Shown piece after piece: positions 9,701 to 17,925 of a stretch of 64,000 nucleotides of DNA. The position numbers were made by a program, and so were the translations under genes. Position 1 is the first letter of the stretch. Every line of letters begins with the position of its first letter. Source of the DNA: Planctomycetota bacterium (lineage in GTDB: Bacteria; Planctomycetota; UBA8108; SXIK01). The notes beneath the pieces were generated by a model. It worked only from the letters and a program-made list of their open reading frames with translations, was not told where the DNA came from and did no database searches. The stretch spans positions 2,880,001 to 2,944,000 of the forward strand of contig OZ244999.1 of NCBI GenBank assembly GCA_965223265.1. Direction: 5' to 3'.

Positions 9701-11956
9701 ATGCAGGCTGTCTTCGTCGGAGTTCGGAACGGGAGGTTGCGGGTTCGCGCTCCACCATTCATCGAGGTGTTGAAGACCTACGTTCACGGCATTGGCACGG
9801 AACTCGTGCTTGGCGCGCAGGAGATGCTTGACGCGGTTGTCAGCGCCGCGGCCGGAGAGTTTCTGCGCCGCTTTTCCGCGCGTTCCATAGAGGCAGACTG
9901 CTTCGGGCGTTGTCACCACGAGCGCATCCTCGCAGAGCAGCAGATTGCCCGCTCCGCCTCGATCCCAGAAGGTGCGCGAAAGTACCGATCCATCCTTCGG
10001 GGAGAGGACGAGCAGCGACCGGCGGCCAGGGATGAGAATGGAACCTTCCGTGACATGGCCGCGTCCAAATGGAGAAAAGCGGACCTCTTCTCCGTCGAGA
10101 TTCCAAGCGACGTCGCCGCGGTCGGGCCCGGTGAGCTTCACCGCACTGACCGAAGTGCCGCTGAGCACGCACAGATCCTCGGTGGCGCCGACGATAATGC
10201 TGTGGGCCTCGCGCAAAACGCTCCAGTTTAGCGCAGCGCTTCGACGGTCGATTGAAAAGAGGCGCGTGGAGTCCTGAGGTGCAACAACGAGATGTTCTCC
10301 CGAGTGGATGATTGGATTCGGTAGCCATCGATTGGCGGTCCGGATCGCTGCCTGCTGAGCGAGAGCATGCAGGCGGGGGTATTCAATGATCCATTCGATG
10401 ACTCCGTCTTCGCCATCCAAGGCAGCTACGAATCCTTGGTTCGTGACGACGTAGAGGCTTTGACCGATGCTCAGCGGCGGTGAACTGTAGCCGCCGAGCC
10501 CAAGGTAGTTCGAGTTGCCCGAGGAGCCTAGGTAGGTTTGCCACCGAGTACGGCCGTCAGTGTTGAGGCAAATCATGTAGACGAGAAAGTCTTGCCCGTG
10601 GCGCACGGTGATCGGCACGACCAGGTTCTCGGCATGCAGCGCCGGTGGACTGAGTAGGCACAACGGTGGCGTGCTCGCCTCTGATTCAGCTGGTGTTTTG
10701 TCGCTATGCCTGTCCGGCGGGTGCGCCGCGGCGACGATCTCACCATTCGCGGCGTCGTAGTCGAACCAGATACGCCATCGGAGTTGTCCCGAGTCGCGAT
10801 GGACGGCGACCAAGGAACTATCGTAGACGAGGTAACATTCGTCGGTGCCTAGAAGTGGAACGCGGACAGTCGAAAGTGCATTCGGTGCTTCATTTACCTC
10901 GAGCGTCCACAAGAGCGAATTGCGCTTCAAATCCAGAGCGATCGCCCGCCCGGCGTGATGCGTGAGGACGAAATCTCCCTGTGCGGCTGAAAAGTACGGC
11001 AGCGGTACGAGGCCGTCGTGTGGCATTGACGTGCCAATCTGGTCCATCGACGTGCGTAGGCGGCTGTCCGGCAGAGCGAACTGAAAGGTGACGTCTCCAA
11101 GTTCAAACGGCTGCGTTTGCGGCGACGCTGCTGGGGTTTCGGATTGAAATACGCTTCGCACTTCAGAGTCTGAGGTGTCGCTGGCGGACTTCAAAACGCG
11201 CGGTGCAGACTCAAGTGCCGCGGCTACACGTCGGCGCACGTCTTCGGCCAGCGTATCGTACGAGGGTTCTCTCGTGATGCGCTCGATCGCAGCGGTTGCC
11301 TGGCGCAGATCGGACCCGTTTTCGAGAATGATGGCCAGTTGCAAAAGTGCGAGCTGGCACTCAAGCCACTCGAGGAGGCGAGCGTTCGGAATGCGGTTCT
11401 CGGTCGAATTGCGCTGAAGAGTTTCTGCTAGTCGTTTGCACGCCGCGCGAGCTCGGTGCCAGTTTCCTGCTTCGAACGACACATCGACTTCTTCACGCAG
11501 CAGCTCGACGTCCAAGCTGTTGCCCGGATAGTCCCGCAGGAGACGATAACGCAGCAACCCGCGGCGTGCAGGCGAAAGTGTCTCGGCTTGGCTCTCCCAA
11601 AGGGCGCGCAGGGTGGCGTCTCTTCGCTCCACGTATTGCTGACGCATCTCATCTGGGAGCGAGTCAATCACCCGGGCGTAGAGGCGTCGAATGCCCAAGG
11701 CTAGCCCACGCCCGCTCTCGCCGACGCTGTTTTCGGATGCCTCTTGGGCCAGCTCTGCGTGTCGCGTCAGGCCCTCGAGGACGGCTTCCCAGTTTTCGCG
11801 CGTCGCGAACGCTTCGAGGCGCTGCCAGTGGAGCGCGTGGCTGCCACCGGTCGGCAACACCAACGCCGACTCAACGCGCTCCTGCGTCCAGCTCTCCGGG
11901 GCAGCAAAACAGACGCACGTCGCCATGACGACGATTCGAAGGTGCGATCCCGTCAT
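6626..11956 (-). CDS. Giant exported protein: PQQ-like beta-propeller repeats, TPR-like helices and a C-terminal CBM9/DOMON-like domain
   Basis: Signal-like N-terminus; repeated AxDxxxGxxxW motifs (ALDGEDGVIEW, AIDTENGLVKW, ISTTTGTERW); PPTIDGRLNDW...GWDENYFYFAFDVTDD...IYEVALPW...GLSLLLTDDD; ORF open to 12103, start uncertain. Confidence 0.85.
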   Translation of the reverse strand: MTGSHLRIVVMATCVCFAAPESWTQERVESALVLPTGGSHALHWQRLEAFATRENWEAVLEGLTRHAELAQEASENSVGESGRGLALGIRRLYARVIDSLPDEMRQQYVERRDATLRALWESQAETLSPARRGLLRYRLLRDYPGNSLDVELLREEVDVSFEAGNWHRARAACKRLAETLQRNSTENRIPNARLLEWLECQLALLQLAIILENGSDLRQATAAIERITREPSYDTLAEDVRRRVAAALESAPRVLKSASDTSDSEVRSVFQSETPAASPQTQPFELGDVTFQFALPDSRLRTSMDQIGTSMPHDGLVPLPYFSAAQGDFVLTHHAGRAIALDLKRNSLLWTLEVNEAPNALSTVRVPLLGTDECYLVYDSSLVAVHRDSGQLRWRIWFDYDAANGEIVAAAHPPDRHSDKTPAESEASTPPLCLLSPPALHAENLVVPITVRHGQDFLVYMICLNTDGRTRWQTYLGSSGNSNYLGLGGYSSPPLSIGQSLYVVTNQGFVAALDGEDGVIEWIIEYPRLHALAQQAAIRTANRWLPNPIIHSGEHLVVAPQDSTRLFSIDRRSAALNWSVLREAHSIIVGATEDLCVLSGTSVSAVKLTGPDRGDVAWNLDGEEVRFSPFGRGHVTEGSILIPGRRSLLVLSPKDGSVLSRTFWDRGGAGNLLLCEDALVVTTPEAVCLYGTRGKAAQKLSGRGADNRVKHLLRAKHEFRANAVNVGLQHLDEWWSANPQPPVPNSDEDSLHLELADLLAALSTTEAVDAIRLRLLTFRVRLENTAERKIRAAVALADALEASGQAAAALAHLHAALEVDRGATEYSPTPLLSVSSDAYLRDRIRRLRRQSAEPQRVFEAVETAAAARLAEARQKSTPILYQEVIRTYPFTRAAAAAYLDLSQRYRDRLSLQQAAGALEGYVRDYADDPQIDRGELVRVHLHLVNLLFQSGERQKAKELSLAVIEQFGDDTVDGVGNMKSGETVRDYLEPRLRDPGLIGLPAGAPKTLRAPLRKAWRSPANLEAVSRLFLVPEGDAPAALDGTFLTQSNEMVDLRGVDTGLYKWRVNLSLIPGFVLNSGTYFSTLPRHGPRALRGRFVDALLILFDRSNLFAIDTENGLVKWHVPFGENTKNLRQLREQLLHVEIDAGGLFALTSRGTLFRYSIDGERIWEVQLTYEPDHVKHVFALEKIFIFSKAPAGIHVHDATTGALLRRIAGERATLRPERIVLPGHRLLVPYRGRVDLFDLRSEQTLWSYAPDRGKGFIRTLNHFEDFPNECIILLNRAGNHPALVSISTTTGTERWRYEGFPSRRSRFSIFRDGQQLYVVHGDDHWELLALELRPGGGVDRAVIGKVWPSEPNLGTFYSSQWRLYLAPGLIIFHDPNNSISVFDRKKGTGRPEVAEQVNQFLEEKGSFASALIDGRFVVLSDGGDAAFESDTESEQRFFTDTPLLKSWLSEPNDTTVLTRLAQEFLRKDKIEEAIRLVDRSLLEEESVGGQSRQEQLLAQFVLDGLKQEHMERQFKRGRSMPEITSRRLPHPPTIDGRLNDWWDIGSRLDLNTPRYIGSIPGPKILQHWEGEEDLSGTLYTGWDENYFYFAFDVTDDVLHPYDRDAENWKGDCLIIGVDPTADKGYRQHGTDLLMTLALTVPKRRNEDKLSDEDEESGEDTDEDEKEEEDEEEGEKPDGKFAVKRKLDNTGAIYEVALPWSTFSGEFSPQNPPPKGYRFGLSLLLTDDDTGQGATKTLSLNPCHLLPYSQKSNLVWRFIVPNFFPQVRLD

Positions 11957-12383
11957 CGAGTACCTGCTGAGCGCGGCCGCGCGCTGTGTTGAAATGTCGC
12001 CGCGATCTAGAGTTTGGTCGCGCTCTAAAGTGTTGCCGCGATAAGTGTTGTATTGATTGCTTCGAAGGTCCGGCATTGTAGGTCGACGGCCGGAGAACGT
12101 CAAGAATCCGGCGGTGTGGTGCGCTGCAACACACGTGGCGCAACCACCTCTTCTCTACAACTATATACAGTGAATCGTCTCGATCGCACGTGCGGCTTGC
12201 GTGCATCTTGGCGAGTGTGCTGATTTGTCCCACCTTGCCGCGTTGACATCCGGCGCCCGTCTGACGTGCGACAGGCGTCTTGATTACCGGGCGTCGTTTG
12301 CGACGCTCGCGAGCATCCGGTGGGAGCAAAGATCGGCTTCCGAGAGCCAGGGCGAGTCGTCGAAGGCCGCCCTCAGTACGCGA

Positions 12384-13349
12384 TTATCCGACCCGCGAGC
12401 TGACTCGTTGGGGCACCGCGTTCCTGGCGACAAGACGCAGCAGATGGAGCGGCCTGGGTGTCGCATCTCCTTCGCCAGAGCAGCGAAAGATCAGCAGACT
12501 CACGCTCTCGTCGGCGCTGTCATCAGCAGTTCTGAGGGGCACTCGAAGTACTTCAAGCGGTTCCGTGCGGTCGCCGAGAATCGACGGCGGAAGCGATCGT
12601 CCTGGCGAGACCGTTCTCCAGCTGTTGCTTGCAGACCTCAGAAGTGGCGACCAGAACGCCCCTCCGGAGGTCGCCGTCGCTATGAACTGCTCGTCGTAGC
12701 CACCAAAGAGGCCCCAGCCGTAGCGGAGCACCAGCGACGTCGACGAATGCTCGACGAAAACGCCACCGAGAGCAGCGAACTGTTCGCTCAAAAAACCCTG
12801 CAGCTGGCGCAAGCGAGTGCGTCTCTCCGCGTCTGAAGATGCGTCGCCGCAACTGCCGGCGAGGTCTTCGAGGAGGTCATAGTATCGGTCATTCTTCGCC
12901 CCCGGGTTGGGGGCGGTCGTGCACTCCTTGGCGGTGTTCTCGGCTCGGCGAGATACAGCTTTGCGAACGACGGTGAGCAGATCTTTGTCGAAATCGACGA
13001 TGGGCTTCGTGATGTAGTCGAATGCTCCCATACGCAGCGCCTCGATGGCGCTGTTCATACTGCCGCAACCGGTTGCGATGATGACTTCGACCAGCGGGTC
13101 CTCTTCCTTCAACTGGCGTAGCACTTCTAGCCCATGGATTCCCGGCATAACCAAATCCAGGAGGACGGCGTCGGTCGGCTGCGAAGCGTCGCGAAACATC
13201 TCGAGAGCTTCGTCGCCACGTTCACACGACGTGACCTCGTAGTCATGAGTTTCCAGGTAGAGTTTGAGGGCATTGCGGATGAACGGTTCGTCGTCAACGA
13301 CGAGGACGCGAGGTCGTTCCGGATGCGCCTGGGCGAGTTCTTCTGGCAT
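12384..13349 (-). CDS. Response regulator: NtrC-type receiver plus an unassigned (possibly GAF-like) C-terminal domain
   Basis: VLVVDDE, VLLDLVMPG, IIATG, EALRMGAFDYITKP. Confidence 0.88.
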   Translation of the reverse strand: MPEELAQAHPERPRVLVVDDEPFIRNALKLYLETHDYEVTSCERGDEALEMFRDASQPTDAVLLDLVMPGIHGLEVLRQLKEEDPLVEVIIATGCGSMNSAIEALRMGAFDYITKPIVDFDKDLLTVVRKAVSRRAENTAKECTTAPNPGAKNDRYYDLLEDLAGSCGDASSDAERRTRLRQLQGFLSEQFAALGGVFVEHSSTSLVLRYGWGLFGGYDEQFIATATSGGAFWSPLLRSASNSWRTVSPGRSLPPSILGDRTEPLEVLRVPLRTADDSADESVSLLIFRCSGEGDATPRPLHLLRLVARNAVPQRVSSRVG

Positions 13350-13357
13350 GGTCGTCT

Positions 13358-14161
13358 TCAGTCCAATCCGCTCAACTGATCGATCATCGCTGCTACATCG
13401 TCGATTGGGATGCGTTTGGCTTCCTCGACTCGCAGAGGCTCATCCGGCCGTGAAGTCGAGTCAGACGGTGCTCCCTGGCCGCTCGTCTTGAGCGTCTCGA
13501 CGACGCTTTCCTTAACGCGACCTGCAACCTCCCTGGCGATCGCGAGAGTCAGGTTCTTCGGCAGCTCACCACTTGGTTGGCCGCCGTCGTTTGAGTTCGC
13601 GATGTGCTGCTTGAGCAGCGAGACCATCTCGGCGAGCCTCTCTTTGATCTCAGGATCGGTGGACGTCACCGGGGCCGCCGTGTGCTCTATGGATACGGGG
13701 TGCGCTGGCGAATCTGAAGCCTCTTCGGCGAGCGAAGCGTCGGCAGCGGACGCCGCCTCTTCGGGTTGTCGGGCCGGGACGGGTGCTTCAGCAAGCGGCT
13801 CTGCTGCTTTTGGGGTGAATCGTGGCTTGGCGCTGGAAGGGTCTCGCGTGTCGGAGGCGTCCCTGATCTCCATCTTGCCTGCGCTCTGAACCGAGGCGGT
13901 TGCCGGGTGCTCGCGGGCGAGCACCGCGCGAGCGGATTCCCACTCCTGCTGAACTTCTTTCAGGTCGGGAATGCGGAGATGGCGAAGCGCCGTCTGAAAC
14001 TCTTCTGGCTCCAAGGCCCGCTTCAAGTCGTGAAGGGAAGCCGAGAGTTCGCTCCACTCATGGGCGGCTTCGTCGAAGAGCTGGCGGATTTCCGTCATCT
14101 CTTCGAGCTGCTCGCTGCTTGATTCGATTCGAGTTTTCGCTGGGCGTTCGATGTCTTTCAT
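13358..14161 (-). CDS. Hypothetical protein (helical termini, Pro/Ala/Glu-rich disordered middle)
   Basis: 267-aa ATG-initiated ORF 8 bp upstream of the response regulator, same strand, protein-like composition. Confidence 0.7.
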   Translation of the reverse strand: MKDIERPAKTRIESSSEQLEEMTEIRQLFDEAAHEWSELSASLHDLKRALEPEEFQTALRHLRIPDLKEVQQEWESARAVLAREHPATASVQSAGKMEIRDASDTRDPSSAKPRFTPKAAEPLAEAPVPARQPEEAASAADASLAEEASDSPAHPVSIEHTAAPVTSTDPEIKERLAEMVSLLKQHIANSNDGGQPSGELPKNLTLAIAREVAGRVKESVVETLKTSGQGAPSDSTSRPDEPLRVEEAKRIPIDDVAAMIDQLSGLD

Positions 14162-14401
14162 GTCTCGAAAGTACGTCGATTCGGAGTGTTACGTAGATGC
14201 GACCTAAAAAGGTGTCTTTTTAAATGTACAGTGCTCTCCGGCATTTGTCACAGAGGGGGACGAACTGTAAAAGATGTAGACGAAGCTTCTCCGCCCACTG
14301 GTGTGTGCGGCGTAGGGCAGCCCTCTGCGAAAGCGGGAAAAGTTGGCGTTTGCGTAACACTGGTCGCGTGTGTACTTTTTTTTCTCGCTCGATCGTCCAG
14401 A

Positions 14402-14417
14402 AGGCGTGCATGTTGCG
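14402..14417 (+). promoter_or_regulatory. Possible sigma-54 -24/-12 promoter
   Basis: AGGCGTGCATGTTGCG has GG-N10-GC spacing and TTGC at -12, about 110 bp upstream of the CDS at 14525. Confidence 0.35.
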
Positions 14418-14524
14418 GAGGCAATCGTTACCGGACGCGCACTGCTCTCTGAGGGCATCGCCGTCCTCAATCTGAACGAAGAACCTCCACGTCGCTTCCG
14501 CTACACACACGATCGAGATTCCGC

Positions 14525-15049
14525 ATGAAAGACCAAGAAAACTCCTCAGTGTCTGCGATCTACTTCAAGGAAACGAGTTCGAAGGCGGGCGACTTTCTGC
14601 ACGAACTCAACGACCCGAAACTATTGAAGAATCGCGACATACCGGATACCGCGAAGATCGAGCTGCGGCGTCACCAAGTCGCACGACTGCGGTCCACGAT
14701 CGACGTTCTGAAGGCGAAGCGAGATGAGTTCAACCGCCGCATGGACGACTATATCGGTAATCTGACGAAGCTGGCGAACGAGCTCAGCTCTGGAGTGACA
14801 AACGGTGACACCGAAAACGACGCCGACGGTGAGGCGACGGATAGCCACTGCATCTTGACGCGTGTCCATTGCCTCCACTGTAGCGCCGAGAAGTGCTTCG
14901 AGCAGATCAAAGTCGTATTTGCTCGCGAGTCCGAAGAGTCCCTCTCAACGCCAACGGAGCTCTACGTCCTCGACCATGGAGCCTTCAAGAAGGGACATTT
15001 CTGCTGCGAGAAGTGCGGCACCGAAGGCCTCGTCATTAAGGCCAACTAA
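14525..15049 (+). CDS. Hypothetical protein: coiled coil plus putative zinc ribbon
   Basis: Heptad-like segment LRSTIDVLKAKRDEFNRRMDDYIGNL; CLHC and CEKC pairs. Confidence 0.75.
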   Translation: MKDQENSSVSAIYFKETSSKAGDFLHELNDPKLLKNRDIPDTAKIELRRHQVARLRSTIDVLKAKRDEFNRRMDDYIGNLTKLANELSSGVTNGDTENDADGEATDSHCILTRVHCLHCSAEKCFEQIKVVFARESEESLSTPTELYVLDHGAFKKGHFCCEKCGTEGLVIKAN

Positions 15050-15147
15050 CTCGTCTTCTGCTCCTCGTGTCGCTCTGAATTGCGGACTGGCAGGCGGGCG
15101 CCGTACGGTCCGTTTCTGCATGCTTCTTAGGTCGTCCCGCGTCGAAG

Positions 15148-15168
15148 ACGCGAAACGCGAAACGCGAA
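15148..15168. repeat. Heptamer tandem repeat (ACGCGAA)x3
   Basis: Three exact copies in the gap between convergent genes, with degenerate flanking copies. Confidence 0.6.
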
Positions 15169-15193
15169 GACACGAAGCAAGCCGAGCTGTGCC

Positions 15194-16795
15194 TCAGGCG
15201 TGACAGGCTTCCCAGCTCAGGTTCAACAGCTTGGCGAGGTCTTGTAGCTTGAACGGCTTCAGTAGGTGTCCGTGTGCGCGTCGAATGTACGATTGAAACG
15301 TCTCGTCAGGGAAGCGTCCCGACGAGAAGATGATTTTGGGCGGCGGAGAAAAGCGTTGGAAACGCTCGAATGCCTCAAAGCCGTTCGCGGGTCCAGGAAG
15401 ACAAACGTCGAGGATCACGTAATCGAACGGCTCGACCGCGAAGGCCTCCACCGCGGGTTCGACCCGCGAGCAGCAGACCACGTCATGGCGATTGAGAAAC
15501 TCCCGAACCGAGTCCCGCGTGGCGGACTCGTCGTCGACGATGAGAATGCGAAGTTCCTTTTCCGGGACGACAATCGCGGAAGATTCTATCGCCGTGCCTG
15601 ATTCGATCGCGACTGGACAGGGATCCTTCGAGATAGGGAGTGTCACTGAAAAGATCGTGCCGGTCTCACCGGTCGTGACGTCGATCCTGCCGTGATTGGC
15701 ATTCACCATGTTGTAGCAGACGGTCAAGCCTAGCCCAGTGCCCTGGGCATTGCCGCCTCCCAGAGCGCCTTTTGTTGTGAAGAACGGGTCGAAAATCCGC
15801 TCGAGATTCTCGGGAGAAATCCCTTTGCCGTTGTCTTGCACGTCGATGCGCACTGCGTCGTTGGTGGCGTCTCTCGAGGCTTTGATCACGATCGCTCCGA
15901 CGCCCGATTCGACTGCGTGAATAGCGTTCAGAACGAGATTGAGAATGATTTCCTGTAGATTGCCGGCGCTGATCTTTGCGTAGAGGTCCGATTCGACGTC
16001 GTCCGACACACGAACCCCGTTCTTTTCGACCTCCTTGGCTGTAAGTCGTAGGGTGTCTTCAATCACTTCGCCGACGTTGCAGCCACCTGCGTCGATACCC
16101 TGCGTGCGGTTGTAGGTTGAAAGGCTGCGTGTCAACTCGAGCGCCCGAGTTGTCTGGGTCAGAGCGACGTCAATGAGTGCATCGCACTGTGTCGCGTCCC
16201 GCTTTGCTAGCTGGGCGTATGCAGAAATTCCCGCCATGATGTTGTTGAATTCGTGCGCGATCCCGGCTGCCAGCAGTCCGATCGTCGCCATTTTTTCTGC
16301 ACGGACGAGGTCACGCTGACTCTTGATCAGAAGCTCGTTCTGCGCTTCCAAGTCGTCTGTCAAGTGCTTGAGCCGCATCGCGGTCCGGGTGCGTGCGAGT
16401 AGCTCAGGTACATGAAACGGCTTCGGGATATAGTCGTCCGCGCCGGCGTCGAAACCCTGGACTCGATGATCCACTGAGGCTCGTCCAGTGACTAGAATGA
16501 TCATGATCCCTGCCGTCGACGCGTTTGCTTTGAGGCGGCGACACACCTCCAGCCCGTCGATTTTCGGCAGCATGATGTCGAGAAGGAGAAGGTCCGGACG
16601 AAGTGCCTGCACTTTTTCTATCGCTTCAGCACCGTCAGTCGCCTCCGAGATCTGGTAGTCCTGCGTCGAGAGAATGCGGTGGATCACTTTGACGATGTCT
16701 GGATTATCGTCGACGATGAGGACATGACCTGCGGAAGCGGATGGCTTCGGTGCGATCCGTGTCGCGTCGGAGTTTGCCCGCAGTTCTGTACTCAT
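15194..16795 (-). CDS. Cytoplasmic hybrid histidine kinase (REC-HisKA-HATPase-REC)
   Basis: LIVDDNP/LLDIMLP/DYIPKPF; H-box AGIAHEFNN; N-box NLVLNAIHA; DNGKGI, FDPFFTTK, GTGLGL; second receiver LIVDDE...LLKPF; no TM segments. Confidence 0.93.
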   Translation of the reverse strand: MSTELRANSDATRIAPKPSASAGHVLIVDDNPDIVKVIHRILSTQDYQISEATDGAEAIEKVQALRPDLLLLDIMLPKIDGLEVCRRLKANASTAGIMIILVTGRASVDHRVQGFDAGADDYIPKPFHVPELLARTRTAMRLKHLTDDLEAQNELLIKSQRDLVRAEKMATIGLLAAGIAHEFNNIMAGISAYAQLAKRDATQCDALIDVALTQTTRALELTRSLSTYNRTQGIDAGGCNVGEVIEDTLRLTAKEVEKNGVRVSDDVESDLYAKISAGNLQEIILNLVLNAIHAVESGVGAIVIKASRDATNDAVRIDVQDNGKGISPENLERIFDPFFTTKGALGGGNAQGTGLGLTVCYNMVNANHGRIDVTTGETGTIFSVTLPISKDPCPVAIESGTAIESSAIVVPEKELRILIVDDESATRDSVREFLNRHDVVCCSRVEPAVEAFAVEPFDYVILDVCLPGPANGFEAFERFQRFSPPPKIIFSSGRFPDETFQSYIRRAHGHLLKPFKLQDLAKLLNLSWEACHA

Positions 16796-16914
16796 GCCGT
16801 CTCCACCGTCCGTGTCATGCCGCGCGCTGCAAGTGACTGATGAAGAATACGATGGCGCTGCTCGGGAGCCCAGCTGGGGTGGTGTGCCCGCCGGTCCGAG
16901 TGCCGGCAAATAGA

Positions 16915-17925
16915 CTACCGCGCCGCTCGTCTTACCGGGCGTAGCGATTCGAGTGTGGCTTCGAAGTCAGCTGGCAGAGCGGCGTCGAGTTCCACCATGG
17001 ACTTGCAGCGTGGATGGAAGAACCGAACGCGACGGGAGTGTAAGAGGTAGCGGTCCGGAAACATCTCGTCAGGCTCCCGTCCGCAGCCGTAGCGGTCGTC
17101 GCCGACAACTGGGTATCCTAACGCCGCGAGGTGCACTCGGATCTGATTCTGCCGGCCGGTAAGGGGACGGCAAGAAAGTAGCGTGTAATCATCAAAGCGT
17201 TCGAGCACGCGAACGTCTGTTCGCGACACTTTCAACGTCCGGTGACTGAGGCAGCTTCTGAGATCGTTTCCTTCGCCGAGCGGAATGTCGATGACAGTTT
17301 TTGCCTCCTTGGGTGGTCGGTCATTCGTCGGCAAGTGCGTTTCAGTGTGGTGACGCGGGAATTGGCCGCGCACGAGCGTGGTGTACTCCTTCTCGACATG
17401 ACGTCGCTCGAACTGCCACTGAACCGCACGGTGGACGAAGGAGTCCTTGGCGATGACGAGGGCCCCGGTGGTGTCGCGGTCGATGCGATGGCAGAGGCGT
17501 GGCACGACGCAGTGTCCGTCTGGAGTTTTTTCGCCGTGGTACTCGTGGTGCAGATAGTTGATGAGCGTGTCATAGACATGTCGGCCTACCGGATGGACGA
17601 GAATCCCTGGTGGTTTGCTGACGACAACGAGCCAAGGGTCTTCGTAGAGGCGTGGAAACTCGCGGTCCGCAAACGTCTGTGGGATTCCCGTGCCGTCGGA
17701 GAGATGCAAGGTCACCACGTCACCGGTCGATACCTTGCGTGACGCCTTCGTGGCTTCGCCGTTGACTCGTACGTGGCCGCTCCGTATGAGCCGCTGGATC
17801 CGGGAGCGGGATTTCCAGTCGAGGTGGTGCAGAACGTAGACGTCGAGGCGAATCGCTGTCTCGGAGCGTACGTCGAGGTCGATCTGTTCGCGCCGCAGCG
17901 CGAGGTTCCTGCCTCGACCGATCAC
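16915..17925 (-). CDS. RluA/RluD-family pseudouridine synthase with S4 domain
   Basis: RLDVYV..SRSRIQRLIRSGHVRVNG, KPPGILVHP, HRIDRDTTG, TGRQNQIRVH, PVVGDDRYG. Confidence 0.92.
   Translation of the reverse strand: MIGRGRNLALRREQIDLDVRSETAIRLDVYVLHHLDWKSRSRIQRLIRSGHVRVNGEATKASRKVSTGDVVTLHLSDGTGIPQTFADREFPRLYEDPWLVVVSKPPGILVHPVGRHVYDTLINYLHHEYHGEKTPDGHCVVPRLCHRIDRDTTGALVIAKDSFVHRAVQWQFERRHVEKEYTTLVRGQFPRHHTETHLPTNDRPPKEAKTVIDIPLGEGNDLRSCLSHRTLKVSRTDVRVLERFDDYTLLSCRPLTGRQNQIRVHLAALGYPVVGDDRYGCGREPDEMFPDRYLLHSRRVRFFHPRCKSMVELDAALPADFEATLESLRPVRRAAR

Noticed and set aside
12154-12170. CTGTATATAGTTGTAG resembling a gammaproteobacterial LexA box
   Set aside because: The second half-site is imperfect, the lineage is wrong and no SOS gene is adjacent; it is more likely a -10 region.
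292-13349. Idea that the receiver-less sigma-54 activator and the NtrC-like receiver at 12384-13349 are halves of one split gene
   Set aside because: They are 11 kb apart with intact genes between them, and the receiver has its own C-terminal domain; nothing in the sequence supports a split.
14320-14345. GCGAAAGC tetraloop hairpin suggesting a c-di-GMP-I riboswitch
   Set aside because: No GGCAAAC or GACGCAAAG elements in the required positions.
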